This document shows, in pieces, positions 29,041 through 39,220 of a stretch of 64,000 nt of DNA. A program made the position numbers and the translations under genes. Origin of the DNA: Deinococcales bacterium (GTDB taxonomy: Bacteria > Deinococcota > Deinococci > Deinococcales > JAAFIG01). Numbering within the stretch: the stretch's first letter is position 1; every line of letters starts with the position of its first letter. The notes under the pieces are model-generated. The model saw nothing but the letters and a program-made list of their open reading frames with translations, was not told the origin of the DNA and did no database searches. The DNA lies in contig JAYWGM010000044.1 in NCBI GenBank assembly GCA_043778225.1, positions 29,044 to 93,043 of the forward strand, read 5' to 3'.

Positions 29041-29796
29041 TTAAACTCGTTTAGATAGAAAAATACATTTGGCAGACCAAACGATAAAGGCGGCGAAATT
29101 TGCCAAGGAGAAGTGTAGCAAAAACTCCCTAAGTCTGTATCCTGCAACCTCAGCATAACTTTGTCTACTCCCTCGGCTCATGCCAGATCCAACGCGATAG
29201 CCCAATGTTATTTCAGAGCAGTTCCTAAATACTATACTCGGGTCGCGTCTCATTCTAACCCATAGATCGTAATCCTCACTTTTGAATCCATTTGCGTAAC
29301 CTTTAAACTTCAAAATATCCGACTTTTTTATACAAACCGAAGGATGACAAAATGGATTGGAAAACGGTAGCATTTTGCGTATTGCTTCGTTGTCACAGGG
29401 TGGCTTTAAGACTCTGAGATGATTCCCTGCTAAATCAATTTCTTGAACCCAAGATCCACAAACTGATGGATAATTATTGTCTCTTATAAAATCATACATC
29501 ACGCGAAGTCTATTTGGATAAGAAATATCGTCTCCATCCATCCGCACTAAGTATTCACAGTCAATATTCTGTAAGCCCAAATCCAACGAAAACGAAAGTC
29601 GTTCAAGGGGAGTAAATACAAAATTCACATTTCTCAATCGATATTTTTCCAGAAGAGATATATCTATTAAAGTACCATTAACAACAACTACGATACTAAA
29701 ATCATTAAACTCTTGAAGTAATATACTCTCTAAAGCCTGTTCAAATAATAAGTCGTAACGATTTATTGCAATTAAAACTCCAAAAAAAACTTTCAT
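29041..29796 (-). CDS. GT2 glycosyltransferase
   Basis: RMDGDD, HPSV, EDYDLW; start ATG 29796 after AGGTGA. Confidence 0.9.
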   Translation of the reverse strand: MKVFFGVLIAINRYDLLFEQALESILLQEFNDFSIVVVVNGTLIDISLLEKYRLRNVNFVFTPLERLSFSLDLGLQNIDCEYLVRMDGDDISYPNRLRVMYDFIRDNNYPSVCGSWVQEIDLAGNHLRVLKPPCDNEAIRKMLPFSNPFCHPSVCIKKSDILKFKGYANGFKSEDYDLWVRMRRDPSIVFRNCSEITLGYRVGSGMSRGSRQSYAEVAGYRLREFLLHFSLANFAAFIVWSAKCIFLSKRV

Positions 29797-29817
29797 ATCA
29801 ATCACCTGTGAAAAAAC

Positions 29818-30783
29818 CTAAGATGCTCTCACCAAAAAAGGTAGTGAGAAGACTATAAAAAAACAAACTAATGACCCTAAGTAAACTATTATTTTGGATT
29901 TTCTTTCAATTGAACCAATGAAATTGGTAACAGAATAAGTGAAAAGAACCGGTATGATAATCCATGAAATTATTAAAAATCTATCGGAATAAGGAATGAA
30001 ATTTAGAAAATGTCCGACCCCATTTGTGAAAAAATAGATTTTCCATAGAAAAAAATTGAAAGAATTAGTAGCTATTTTTTTATGATTATTTGAAAACCAA
30101 AAAAGTAGTAGGGGTAGTGCAGAATAAACTATAAAATCAAATCGTGGTCCGATTCGATAAATAACCTCACTGGTTTCGTTGACATAATTTAGATATTTAT
30201 CACCTAGATTTAATGCAGAGAAGAGTGACGCGTACAATGGAGAAAAAGCTGAAAAAAATGAACAACCTGTCCAGAATAGAATTGTCCATCTGATCGAAAG
30301 TCCTGAGAAAAATAAGAAAATAAAAGGAATAATCGAAGAAATATGAAAACTGACACTAATTGCAGCGAGTATACTAAAAGCAACAAATTTGCGATTGAAA
30401 AAATAGTAATATGCAATAAAACCAATTGCAATTGCAATGCCTTGGCGCATCACATTAATATTTAGCGCATAAAATGAAGGAAAAATACTAAGTAATAGTA
30501 AAAAAAACCAACTATTTTTATTAAAAATTAAAAAAGAAAATCGAAGAAAAAATCCTTGAATTGCAAAACTTATGATAAACAAAAACATAATGGAGTTTTC
30601 TGAGATTGTTCTAATGGCAAGAGAAAATACGGAGAACCCAATTTCAATTCCAACCGCACTATAATCATCAAGTCCCGAGAAATTTTGAAACATCCTAATG
30701 TAGGTTTCTGTATCTGAGCCGACTGAATCCGCTCGTAAGCCAAAACCGAGTATTAGAATCAAAATAATAGTTATAGAAGTCAT
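29818..30783 (-). CDS. EpsG-family polysaccharide polymerase (Wzy)
   Basis: GSDTETY, EIGF, MRQGIA, FHISS; highly hydrophobic; AT-rich. Confidence 0.85.
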   Translation of the reverse strand: MTSITIILILILGFGLRADSVGSDTETYIRMFQNFSGLDDYSAVGIEIGFSVFSLAIRTISENSIMFLFIISFAIQGFFLRFSFLIFNKNSWFFLLLLSIFPSFYALNINVMRQGIAIAIGFIAYYYFFNRKFVAFSILAAISVSFHISSIIPFIFLFFSGLSIRWTILFWTGCSFFSAFSPLYASLFSALNLGDKYLNYVNETSEVIYRIGPRFDFIVYSALPLLLFWFSNNHKKIATNSFNFFLWKIYFFTNGVGHFLNFIPYSDRFLIISWIIIPVLFTYSVTNFIGSIERKSKIIVYLGSLVCFFIVFSLPFLVRAS

Positions 30784-30837
30784 ATGTATTTTTCTTAATT
30801 TTAAATTATACTTTTCATAGTTTCCATTGTCGTAAAA

Positions 30838-32121
30838 CTAGAGTATCTTTGTATTTTTATATCTAGAGTTATATATATTTGATAATTTTTTGTTAAACTG
30901 CAACAAATCAATGAAAACTAAAAATAGCAACTCGAACATTTTATACTGTTCAAAAACAGTTCCCGAATCTATTTTTTTATCCAGTAGTTCAATAAACTTA
31001 CGCAGTGTTATTTTAATGGAGAGGGATTCGGCTTTTGCGCGCGACTTTTTACAGATTTCAAAATACTCTAAATCTGAAAGTTTCAAGACATTTAATAGTT
31101 TTTCTTTAATTGAAAACTCTTTTTGCCCTGTGGCTTTTTCTTGAAACGAAATACCAGAGATTTCGTGGATATAACCGTAAGTTATTGGTAAATCCGCACC
31201 ATCAATCATAGCTAATGCCGGTATACCAAGAGCAGCAGCCTCTACAAGTGCAGTTCCACTACCAACAAATATACAACTGTCCCGAATCAAAGTCTTTATA
31301 GTATCGTAACGCACCGCCCCTTTAAATTGGACTGTATTGGAAATACCAAGTTCCACAACACGTTTTTCTAGTGTAGATCGCAAAGGACCATCTCCGTAAA
31401 TGACATAGTTGACATTTATTCCCATTGATAATACTTCTTGTACAATATCTAACATAAAAAAATGGTATGTCTTAAAGTCTACAAGCCTTCCTACTGTTAC
31501 AATTTTGAGCTTTTTCACATTTCTATCGGGCAAAAAATCCCAATTTGCCAAGTCAACTCCAATTGGGAAAATGTTATTTGATTTTTCAAAATGATATACT
31601 CTCCGATATACTTCTTCACAATACTCATTATAATAAATAATGTTTCTAGTATCTAAAGATTTTTTAAATAAATTATTCATCCAAAAACTTAATCTTAATC
31701 TGGGTGATACATCGTACATAAACTCGCCAATATGATAAATTCCGCAAGTTAATATCGCATTTTGAAAAAACTTTTTGACTAAGTTCGCATAAATCAGCGT
31801 TATTGAGTCTGTTGCGTGTATATGATCATATTCTTGATCAAAAAATACGCGCAGCTTTTTTCTGTTAATAGAAAAAACACTAAAAAAGATAGGCAATTTA
31901 GATATTTTTAGAGCGCCTATGTCTAAAAATTGATCTAAAAAAACTATTTTAGCAATCCCACTTATTTCACTGACGATCTCGGGTGAAAAATTCCTAGTTA
32001 AAACTACAACCGTAACTTTATCGCCTATCCCAACGAACTGTTGGGATATTCTAAGTACAAAGGTTTCAATTCCCCCATAGGATAAAGTGTTGACGAGAAT
32101 TAAGTGATTTTTATTTTGCAT
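30838..32121 (-). CDS. GT4-family glycosyltransferase
   Basis: GGIETF, TVGRLVDFK, GTALVEAAALGIP. Confidence 0.85.
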   Translation of the reverse strand: MQNKNHLILVNTLSYGGIETFVLRISQQFVGIGDKVTVVVLTRNFSPEIVSEISGIAKIVFLDQFLDIGALKISKLPIFFSVFSINRKKLRVFFDQEYDHIHATDSITLIYANLVKKFFQNAILTCGIYHIGEFMYDVSPRLRLSFWMNNLFKKSLDTRNIIYYNEYCEEVYRRVYHFEKSNNIFPIGVDLANWDFLPDRNVKKLKIVTVGRLVDFKTYHFFMLDIVQEVLSMGINVNYVIYGDGPLRSTLEKRVVELGISNTVQFKGAVRYDTIKTLIRDSCIFVGSGTALVEAAALGIPALAMIDGADLPITYGYIHEISGISFQEKATGQKEFSIKEKLLNVLKLSDLEYFEICKKSRAKAESLSIKITLRKFIELLDKKIDSGTVFEQYKMFELLFLVFIDLLQFNKKLSNIYNSRYKNTKIL

Positions 32122-32342
32122 AATATTTTTTCGCTAATAGGTGTAATATTGAATAAGGTTTATAAATCTTTATACATTACTCGAAGCACAGCATCTAAAT
32201 TTCCAACTTTAGTTGAATCTTGTAATTTTCAAATCAAAACTGAGTCATTAACGGCGGGAGTTCACCCGAATTATTTTTTAACTTTATCTGAAATTGGTAT
32301 TTACTGCTTGAAATAGTATTATGTATCTCCTGATATTACAGT

Positions 32343-33629
32343 CTAACCCAGATATGTGTCGGCACTTTTGTTTTGAATCCAATAATAAAAATACCCTCCA
32401 TTAAAAATTAAAAATAAAAAATTTGAGAAAGCATATCCAACAGAAACACCCTGTAAGCCAAAAAGCTGGATACTGGACACTGTTATAATACTAAGTAGAG
32501 CCACTTGCACTATTTCTGCTAGAACGAAGATTCTTACTCTACCTTGTGCCAAATATATAAATCCAAAAATTTGACTTGAATACTTTAACAAATCACCTAA
32601 TAACTGCCAGCTTAAAAATTCCTTAGTTCTTAAAAAATCATTAGAAAAGAATATGGAAACGAGAGTGTCCTGAAAAATGACGGCTGCGATGATAACTGCT
32701 AAATAGATGGGTATTGTAATTTTGACAATTTTCCGAACTAGTCTGTATACATCATTTTTTGATTTTGCTTCGACAATCTTTGTGTAGTAGTAGCCACTTA
32801 AGCCTGCTGAAAACACTTGGAAAAAACCCTCAGAAATACGTGTAGCGCTAATCCAGAATCCTAAAATAGACCAATCATATTGAAGTTGTAATTGTGAACG
32901 CAGCACTACATTAAAAACAGGAACAGTAATTGCTGCGACAAAAAACATCAACGAATACTGTAGTAACTCTCTTGATCTTTCAATAAAAAAAATCCTTTTA
33001 AGACGAAAAATTATAAATCCAAGAACTCGAATTCGACCCAGGAGTTTTAAAAGAAAATAACTAGAATAAATAAATGCACCAAGTATCTGAATGCTTAATG
33101 CTGAAATGATTATTTCATTAAAACTAAGAGCATACTGAGAAAGAGCGAAACCAAGAATAATTGTTATAGCGGTGAGGTAAAAACTTAGCCGTACTTGACG
33201 GTTTGCATTAATTATTGCAGATTGAAAGTTGAATCCGATGAAAAACATTTGTAAAACCGCTATCAATACTATGATTTCACGATAGCTATCATCACCAAAA
33301 ATCTGAACCGATATGCTCTTTTGAAAAAAAACTGAGACAAAAGCAATTACTACGCTCACAAAGATAGCTATAATACTTGCCACCTGCATATATTCTAATT
33401 GCTTGGAAGGTTCATTTTTATATTGTGCATAAAATTTAGTTAAACCTGCATGCACTCCACCTCCAGAGATTAGTAGCATCAATGAGGTAAAACTGATTGC
33501 TTGCCCACTTATACCAACACCACTCACACCTGTATAGATAGCCAATATCTTTGTGACAACAAAAGACCCAACTAAGCGAAATCCACTGGTAAGTATAATA
33601 TAGAGTCCCGAGCGAATGATACTTAGCAC
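32343..33629 (-). CDS. Wzx flippase (WzxE-like)
   Basis: About 12 TMs; KILAIYTG..G..GQ and WQLLGDLLK patterns of WzxE-type translocases; adjacent to wecE. Confidence 0.85.
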   Translation of the reverse strand: MLSIIRSGLYIILTSGFRLVGSFVVTKILAIYTGVSGVGISGQAISFTSLMLLISGGGVHAGLTKFYAQYKNEPSKQLEYMQVASIIAIFVSVVIAFVSVFFQKSISVQIFGDDSYREIIVLIAVLQMFFIGFNFQSAIINANRQVRLSFYLTAITIILGFALSQYALSFNEIIISALSIQILGAFIYSSYFLLKLLGRIRVLGFIIFRLKRIFFIERSRELLQYSLMFFVAAITVPVFNVVLRSQLQLQYDWSILGFWISATRISEGFFQVFSAGLSGYYYTKIVEAKSKNDVYRLVRKIVKITIPIYLAVIIAAVIFQDTLVSIFFSNDFLRTKEFLSWQLLGDLLKYSSQIFGFIYLAQGRVRIFVLAEIVQVALLSIITVSSIQLFGLQGVSVGYAFSNFLFLIFNGGYFYYWIQNKSADTYLG

Positions 33630-33630
33630 T

Positions 33631-34764
33631 TTAATTTTCGACGCAAAATTGCTTTAGCAATCTGCAAATAAGAAACAAATCTTCTTCTTGAAGCTCATAG
33701 AATAAGGGTAATCTCACAAGACAGTTAGTATACCTATTTGAATTTTCCAATTCAGATACTTTACCAAATTGAGAGAAGTACGGACTTGAGTTTAATGACA
33801 AATAATGAAAAACAGCTTGGACACCGTTTAATTTAAGATATGAAATAAGACGTGTTCGAGTTTCAATATCTCTACAAACTAGGTAATACATATGTGCATT
33901 ATTGGTAGCGTAATTCGGCACTTCACATATCCTAAAAATATTTTCATGGTTTACTTCATCCTTCAAGAACGTATCATAAAAATTCCAAATCCATAGTCTT
34001 CGCTCTTGTATTTCCTTTAGCACCTCGAGTTGAGCATATAAATATGCCGCAATAATGTCTGATGGTAAAAACGATGATCCAAGATCAACCCAACCATATT
34101 TGTCAACCTCTCCTCTGAAAAAAGACGATCTATTGGTACCCTTTTCTCTTATTATTTCCGCCTTAAGAACATCATTAAAATCATTTAGGGCAAGTAAACC
34201 ACCTTCGCCTGATATAACATTTTTCGTTTCATGAAACGAAAAAGTAGCAAACCGTCCAATGGTTCCAAGTGGAATACCTTTGTAATATGAATCAATGGCT
34301 TGAGCTGCATCTTCAATAATTGGAATGTCATATTGTTTTGCAATTGCAGTAATCGCATCCATATCACAAGCAATACCTGCATAATGAACCACAACGATAG
34401 CTTTTGTTTTAGGGGTAATCAGTCTTTTGATTTCTTCGGGGTCAATATTTGGCGAATCCTTACAACTATCAGCAAACATCAACTTTGCTCCACGTAAAGC
34501 GAAAGCATTGGCAGTAGAAACAAACGTAAATGCAGGAAGTATAACTTCATCATCTTGTTGGATATTTAACAATAAAGCACACATCTCGAGGGCATCAGTA
34601 CACGAAGTTGTTAGAAGTGCTTTTTTAATTCCATATTTTTCTTCAAAAAATGAATGGCATTTCTTAGTGAAAATACCATCACCCGATATTTTTCCAGATG
34701 CAACAGACTGAGCTATGTAGACGAGTTCGCGTCCGTGTAAATAAGGTTTATTGAAAGGAATCAT
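33631..34764 (-). CDS. wecE: dTDP-4-amino-4,6-dideoxygalactose transaminase
   Basis: MIPFNKP, LLTTSCTDALEM, SFHETKN, EKGTNRSSFFRGEVDKYGW. Confidence 0.93.
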   Translation of the reverse strand: MIPFNKPYLHGRELVYIAQSVASGKISGDGIFTKKCHSFFEEKYGIKKALLTTSCTDALEMCALLLNIQQDDEVILPAFTFVSTANAFALRGAKLMFADSCKDSPNIDPEEIKRLITPKTKAIVVVHYAGIACDMDAITAIAKQYDIPIIEDAAQAIDSYYKGIPLGTIGRFATFSFHETKNVISGEGGLLALNDFNDVLKAEIIREKGTNRSSFFRGEVDKYGWVDLGSSFLPSDIIAAYLYAQLEVLKEIQERRLWIWNFYDTFLKDEVNHENIFRICEVPNYATNNAHMYYLVCRDIETRTRLISYLKLNGVQAVFHYLSLNSSPYFSQFGKVSELENSNRYTNCLVRLPLFYELQEEDLFLICRLLKQFCVEN

Positions 34765-34766
34765 AA

Positions 34767-35483
34767 TTAAAACCACCTATGGAATGTATAAAGACTTTTC
34801 TGCAATTCAAAACCATTTCTGGCTAGACTTTTCTGCACTGAGACATTTTGAAGCTGTGTCGAATAAATTATTGTTTTATAACTATTTTGCAATGCCCAAT
34901 TCTCCATTTCTGTAATTAATTGAGTAAAAATACCACGACCCTGGAACTCTGGTGCAATAGCTAATAATGGTACATCAACTTCTGAAGCCTCTTTATCTAA
35001 TTGACCACTGATAAAGCCTATTATTGAACCCTGCTTTTTCAGTCTAACACCAAAGAAAGGTAATTCTTTTGTTCTGTTCATCGCCCAATCTACATAAACC
35101 TCATTACTGGAGTCTGAAGATAGACGCGAATCGGCATGGTAATGACCCATGTAGTTAGCAAATGCGGCAGTTGCAACATCTCTAATTTCATCAACATCCG
35201 CAAAATTGCATGGTATCACTTCAAATTCGGGAGACGAGAAAACCAGTGGGATTTTGGTTAAACTCTTTTTATAGTATAAGAGGGTGTCACAAATAAAACA
35301 TCCATTCTCTTCTAGTTGCTGGGCTAGATTAATATGCTGAGTCGAACACCTTAAAATCAATAGTTCGGTTGATAATGCTAAGGCATTTTGAAAAACAGTG
35401 GAAATTTCGGAGGACTCTTCGAGATATACTTTCGCTACCTTAATGCCGAATCGCTTTGTATCTATTTCAGAAATAGTAACCAC
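34767..35483 (-). CDS. WecD-like dTDP-fucosamine acetyltransferase (GNAT)
   Basis: HYHADSRL..VYVDW, FQGRGI, STQLQN, C-terminal FHRWF; adjacent to wecE. Confidence 0.78.
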   Translation of the reverse strand: MVTISEIDTKRFGIKVAKVYLEESSEISTVFQNALALSTELLILRCSTQHINLAQQLEENGCFICDTLLYYKKSLTKIPLVFSSPEFEVIPCNFADVDEIRDVATAAFANYMGHYHADSRLSSDSSNEVYVDWAMNRTKELPFFGVRLKKQGSIIGFISGQLDKEASEVDVPLLAIAPEFQGRGIFTQLITEMENWALQNSYKTIIYSTQLQNVSVQKSLARNGFELQKSLYTFHRWF

Positions 35484-35856
35484 AATGAATCCTTTGTAAA
35501 AATCAGTTATCTAAAGAACTTCGGTACACAACAAGTCAAGTATATTTTTTTGATCTATTAGGATCAACGGTGTGGGTTTTTTAATTTTTTGTATCGATGG
35601 TATGCTTGGTTTTCACAGAAGTGGACTTTATTTTCGCCCTATGGGATACCATTCAGAAAAACTGCTTTAAAAAACTTCCTAATTACAATAATTTGAACTT
35701 CAATTATTACTTCTAAAATCTCAAATTTAAGAGTAGTTCTCTGGTTTTGCTTATATGGTTCAGACTGGAATTATCAGTGCATTTTTGAAAGTATCATCTC
35801 AAATAGCAATTAGACACATCAAACAACAGCAGGTAGTATCCTTATTTACTCGAGTA

Positions 35857-36339
35857 TTAAAGCTCAATTCGCTTTGGGAAATTTAGTGCAATGCTACTTT
35901 GCTCTATTCGCCCATTTTCGTTATAAAAACTAAGGTCGCCTTTGAGCGTACAAAACCAGACTTCACTTGCTCCTGCCTCGAGATACCATTTGGTTTTCTG
36001 ACGCATTTCTTTTTTGCTGTTGCTTGGGCTGACTACTTCCACATAGATGGGTGGGGCAGTTAAAAACGGGGTTTGCTCAAAATGGGCTTGTAGGAATTCT
36101 CGAGTTGCCCAAATAACATTGGCAACTCGAACCCCGTTGCTGGTTTGAATACTGGCTTCGGAAATACAACGCCCATGGGCTAGTTGCTGATTAAGTAGAG
36201 TGGTAATTTCAGTTTGGTAGAAACCATGCCAATTGTTTGCTGGACTCATTTCAATAATCCCCTTGCCATTCAATTCTATTTTGAAGGGTAGGTGCTGCAA
36301 ACTTGGGTGCTGGATTACTTCTTGCCACGTCATGAGCAT
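35857..36339 (-). CDS. Uma2-family endonuclease-like protein, possibly inactive
   Basis: LPFKIELN..G.IEMSPA, VEVVSPSN, YLEAGASEVW. Confidence 0.85.
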   Translation of the reverse strand: MLMTWQEVIQHPSLQHLPFKIELNGKGIIEMSPANNWHGFYQTEITTLLNQQLAHGRCISEASIQTSNGVRVANVIWATREFLQAHFEQTPFLTAPPIYVEVVSPSNSKKEMRQKTKWYLEAGASEVWFCTLKGDLSFYNENGRIEQSSIALNFPKRIEL

Positions 36340-36449
36340 CATTTAATCCTAATTGTCTGAGTTCTGTGTGAAAATTCGTACAGTGCTTCTAAACTCCTCG
36401 ACTTGAACTATCCAAAAAATTCTGGATGATTTGCAGTATTCTTTTGTTC

Positions 36450-37739
36450 ATGTTTCAAAAACTCGAGCAATTCTTGTTGTTTGGCAATACAGGTATTTTG
36501 GAAGCCAAACATTTCAGGGCTGCAAATCTTGGTGCATATGCCTACACCCATTTACCAGACAACCACATTGCTAAGGCAGAATTACGAATTGACCATCTTG
36601 GTTTTAGCTCGAGACACACCCGATTTCGTCAGCAACTACTACCTTTGGTATCTGCGTGGCAGGAAAAGGGGATAGAAATTGCTTTCTTAAAGGGTTTTCG
36701 CTTTGCTGAATTTGAATATACTCATCCTTCAGAACGTTTTTACGGCGATGTGGATGTTTTAATCGAACCAGAAAATGCCTCAGCCATGAAAGCCATTGCC
36801 CAAGAACTAGGCTGGGTTGTGCTGTATGACTCACCTGATTTTGATTCGACCACATCCCATGCAGCAGTTCTAAAATCCCCTGATGGTCTGGTTTCCCTCG
36901 AGTTACACGGTGTTGTTCTGCAAAGCACTAATGTGTTTTCACAAAATCTTGCTAAGGCATTCTGGGATAGCAGCAGTACCATTACTTGGGAGGGCTTACA
37001 AATTCGGCAATTAACCCCTGTGGATGCTGTACTTTGTATGTACCTCAACCGTGCTTGGGGTGATTATTACGGGCGTAAATTCCATGACATTCTCGATGTT
37101 CGGGTGATGATTCAAAAATATGGTTTGACTCGAGAAGAACTTCTAACCCGCGCTCGAGAACTCAGGCTCGAGCTTGCATTGCGTGTTGCAATGCGAACCT
37201 GCGACCCTTGGAATAACATTTTGAGACTTGGACGCAGGTCTAAACTCGAGGTGTGGTGGGATGCGCTTTGTGCATTTCCAAATTGGCGGGCTTTTGCTTG
37301 GGATTTATTCTGGTTACGGCTTAAAAAAGCCCCTGTGTTATTAACAGATGTACTCGAGGGTTGGCAATTGGTGCGGTTAGCTAAGAAGCATTTGGCAAAA
37401 GAAACCGATTTGAACCTCATTCTCGAGCAGTTTACGCCAAGCCCAAGTCCTTCTTTGCAGCCTATTGAAATTCGTAGCTTGCGTCTCGAGCGTGGTGTGC
37501 GTTGGGCGTTGCGCTTAACCAACCAACACATTAATGCTTGTGTGCCGCGTTCTTTGGCATTATTCCATGCCTTGCGCCGTGAGGGTCTCGAGGTCAGCTT
37601 TGTGTCTGGCGTGCGACGCAACGGTGCAAAACTCGAGGGTCATGCGTGGCTCGAGTTGAATGGCAAACCCCTGGCTGGGTTGGGCGATGAAAATGCACCC
37701 AACCAATTCAAGGAGAATTTTCGTTTTCCTAAATCTTGA
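36450..37739 (+). CDS. Fusion of an NTP_transf_5-type nucleotidyltransferase and a lasso-B2 (transglutaminase-like) peptidase domain
   Basis: N-terminal FLKG...ERFYGDVDVLI and ELH; C-terminal ACVPRSLAL...SGV...EGHAWLE; leaderless start 7 nt after TATTCT. Confidence 0.82.
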   Translation: MFQKLEQFLLFGNTGILEAKHFRAANLGAYAYTHLPDNHIAKAELRIDHLGFSSRHTRFRQQLLPLVSAWQEKGIEIAFLKGFRFAEFEYTHPSERFYGDVDVLIEPENASAMKAIAQELGWVVLYDSPDFDSTTSHAAVLKSPDGLVSLELHGVVLQSTNVFSQNLAKAFWDSSSTITWEGLQIRQLTPVDAVLCMYLNRAWGDYYGRKFHDILDVRVMIQKYGLTREELLTRARELRLELALRVAMRTCDPWNNILRLGRRSKLEVWWDALCAFPNWRAFAWDLFWLRLKKAPVLLTDVLEGWQLVRLAKKHLAKETDLNLILEQFTPSPSPSLQPIEIRSLRLERGVRWALRLTNQHINACVPRSLALFHALRREGLEVSFVSGVRRNGAKLEGHAWLELNGKPLAGLGDENAPNQFKENFRFPKS

Positions 37740-38793
37740 CCGTGCTGCGGTCGCCCAAAAAGAACTGCACTGTATTTTTGCGGTCTGCTTCACCGAGAAC
37801 CCGCACTTCTTCGCCGAGGATGCTCGAGTCTACGCGCCGTGCGATTCCCTCGAGTCTTGCGCCCTGCATCAGGATGCTGTACTCGAGTTCGCAGTTTTTA
37901 ACGACAGCGTTTTGTCCGATGCTGGTGTATGGTCCAACATAAGCATTTTCGATGGTTGCACCAGCCGCAATGCTGATTGGTCCGCGCAATCTTGAGTTTT
38001 TGATGCTTGCGCCAGCCGCAATTTGGACTTCGCCGACAATTTCAGAATTTTCAACCTCACCTAAAATCTGGCGCTCAATTCTCGAGAGGACAAGACGGTT
38101 GGCATCGAGCAGGTCAGCCGCGTTTCCTGTGTCTTTCCAGTATCCACGTACCTCCTCGGCATTAACCACATAGCCAGCCTCGAGCAAGTTTTGAATCGCC
38201 TCGGTAATTTCAAGTTCGCCCCGAGCCGAGGGTTTTAAGTTAGCAATAATCTCATGGATTTTGGGCGTGAAGAGGTACACGCCAACCAGTGCAAGGTCAG
38301 AAATAAATTCCTTGGGTTTCTCGACCAAGCGCACAATTTTACCAGTTGCATCGCGGACTGCAACACCGAAACTACTTGGGTTTGGCACTTTGGTCAGTAA
38401 AATACAGGCTTCGACTCCACCGGCATTGAATTTCTCGAGCATATGCCCAATGCCACCATCGAGCAAATTATCGCCGAGGTACATGATGAACGGGTCACTG
38501 CCAAGGTACGGCTGGGCGATTTTGACGGCGTGCGCCAAACCACCAGGATGATCTTGGGGAATATACGTTATTTTAGCGCCAAGTCTCAAGCCGTCGCCCA
38601 AGTGAGCTTTGACTTCCTCGCCAGTTTCGGGGCTAATGATAATGCCAATATCAGTCACGCCAGCCCGAACAATGTCCTCGACACAATAATCAATATTGGC
38701 TTTATTGGCAATTGGTACGAGTTGCTTGGCTCGAGTATGGGTCAGTGGGCGTAGGCGTGTGCCTTTGCCGCCGGATAGAATTAGACCTTTCAT
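37729..38793 (-). CDS. rfbA: Glucose-1-phosphate thymidylyltransferase, long form
   Basis: GGKGTRLRPLTHT.AKQLVP, PSARGELEIT, WKDTG and C-terminal hexapeptide domain. Confidence 0.93.
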   Translation of the reverse strand: MKGLILSGGKGTRLRPLTHTRAKQLVPIANKANIDYCVEDIVRAGVTDIGIIISPETGEEVKAHLGDGLRLGAKITYIPQDHPGGLAHAVKIAQPYLGSDPFIMYLGDNLLDGGIGHMLEKFNAGGVEACILLTKVPNPSSFGVAVRDATGKIVRLVEKPKEFISDLALVGVYLFTPKIHEIIANLKPSARGELEITEAIQNLLEAGYVVNAEEVRGYWKDTGNAADLLDANRLVLSRIERQILGEVENSEIVGEVQIAAGASIKNSRLRGPISIAAGATIENAYVGPYTSIGQNAVVKNCELEYSILMQGARLEGIARRVDSSILGEEVRVLGEADRKNTVQFFLGDRSTVKI

Positions 38794-39011
38794 GCAACTC
38801 CTTTATACATCTCTTCGGAATCAAAACGTTTTGGTAGGGGCAAAGTTTCGTGATGTTCGTTCATATCTTCAACCAGCATTTCCAGAACTTCCTCACCCAT
38901 TTTGACTGCCTCGAGATACGTTTCACCATGCGTATAACAATCAAATTCGGGTAAGTGAACCACAAATACTTGGTCTTCATCTGACCAGCGAATGTGCATC
39001 GAATAATTCAC
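38790..39011 (-). CDS. hicB: HicB antitoxin, short, no DNA-binding domain
   Basis: WSDEDQVFVVHLPEF..THGETYLEA...PLP. Confidence 0.9.
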   Translation of the reverse strand: MNYSMHIRWSDEDQVFVVHLPEFDCYTHGETYLEAVKMGEEVLEMLVEDMNEHHETLPLPKRFDSEEMYKGVA

Positions 39012-39220
39012 GATTGCCTCCTGAGTGCTAAAAGTAGCGCAATTTTACGACGAACATCATCCTCGAGATACTTTCTTGCATCTGCTCCGTCATTTCCAGA
39101 TATGGTGACACGAATTGGTGTGTCTGGAAAGTACCATACAGTATGGCTACCTTTGGCTTGCCGCTCGAGAAAACCTGCATCTCGGAGTTGTTTTTTGAGT
39201 TCTCGGATTTTAGGCGGCAC
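39008..39220 (-). CDS. hicA: HicA mRNA interferase toxin
   Basis: KIRELKKQLRDAGF...KGSH catalytic His motif. Confidence 0.9.
   Translation of the reverse strand: MPPKIRELKKQLRDAGFLERQAKGSHTVWYFPDTPIRVTISGNDGADARKYLEDDVRRKIALLLALRRQS

Noticed and set aside
32122..32342. 70-aa plus-strand ORF or gene remnant between wzx and the GT4 gene
   Set aside because: AT-rich spacer, antisense to the operon, with no recognisable motif.
36450..37739. Complete lasso-peptide biosynthetic cluster
   Set aside because: No cyclase, RRE/PqqD or precursor was found in the window; only the fused B2-like domain is present.
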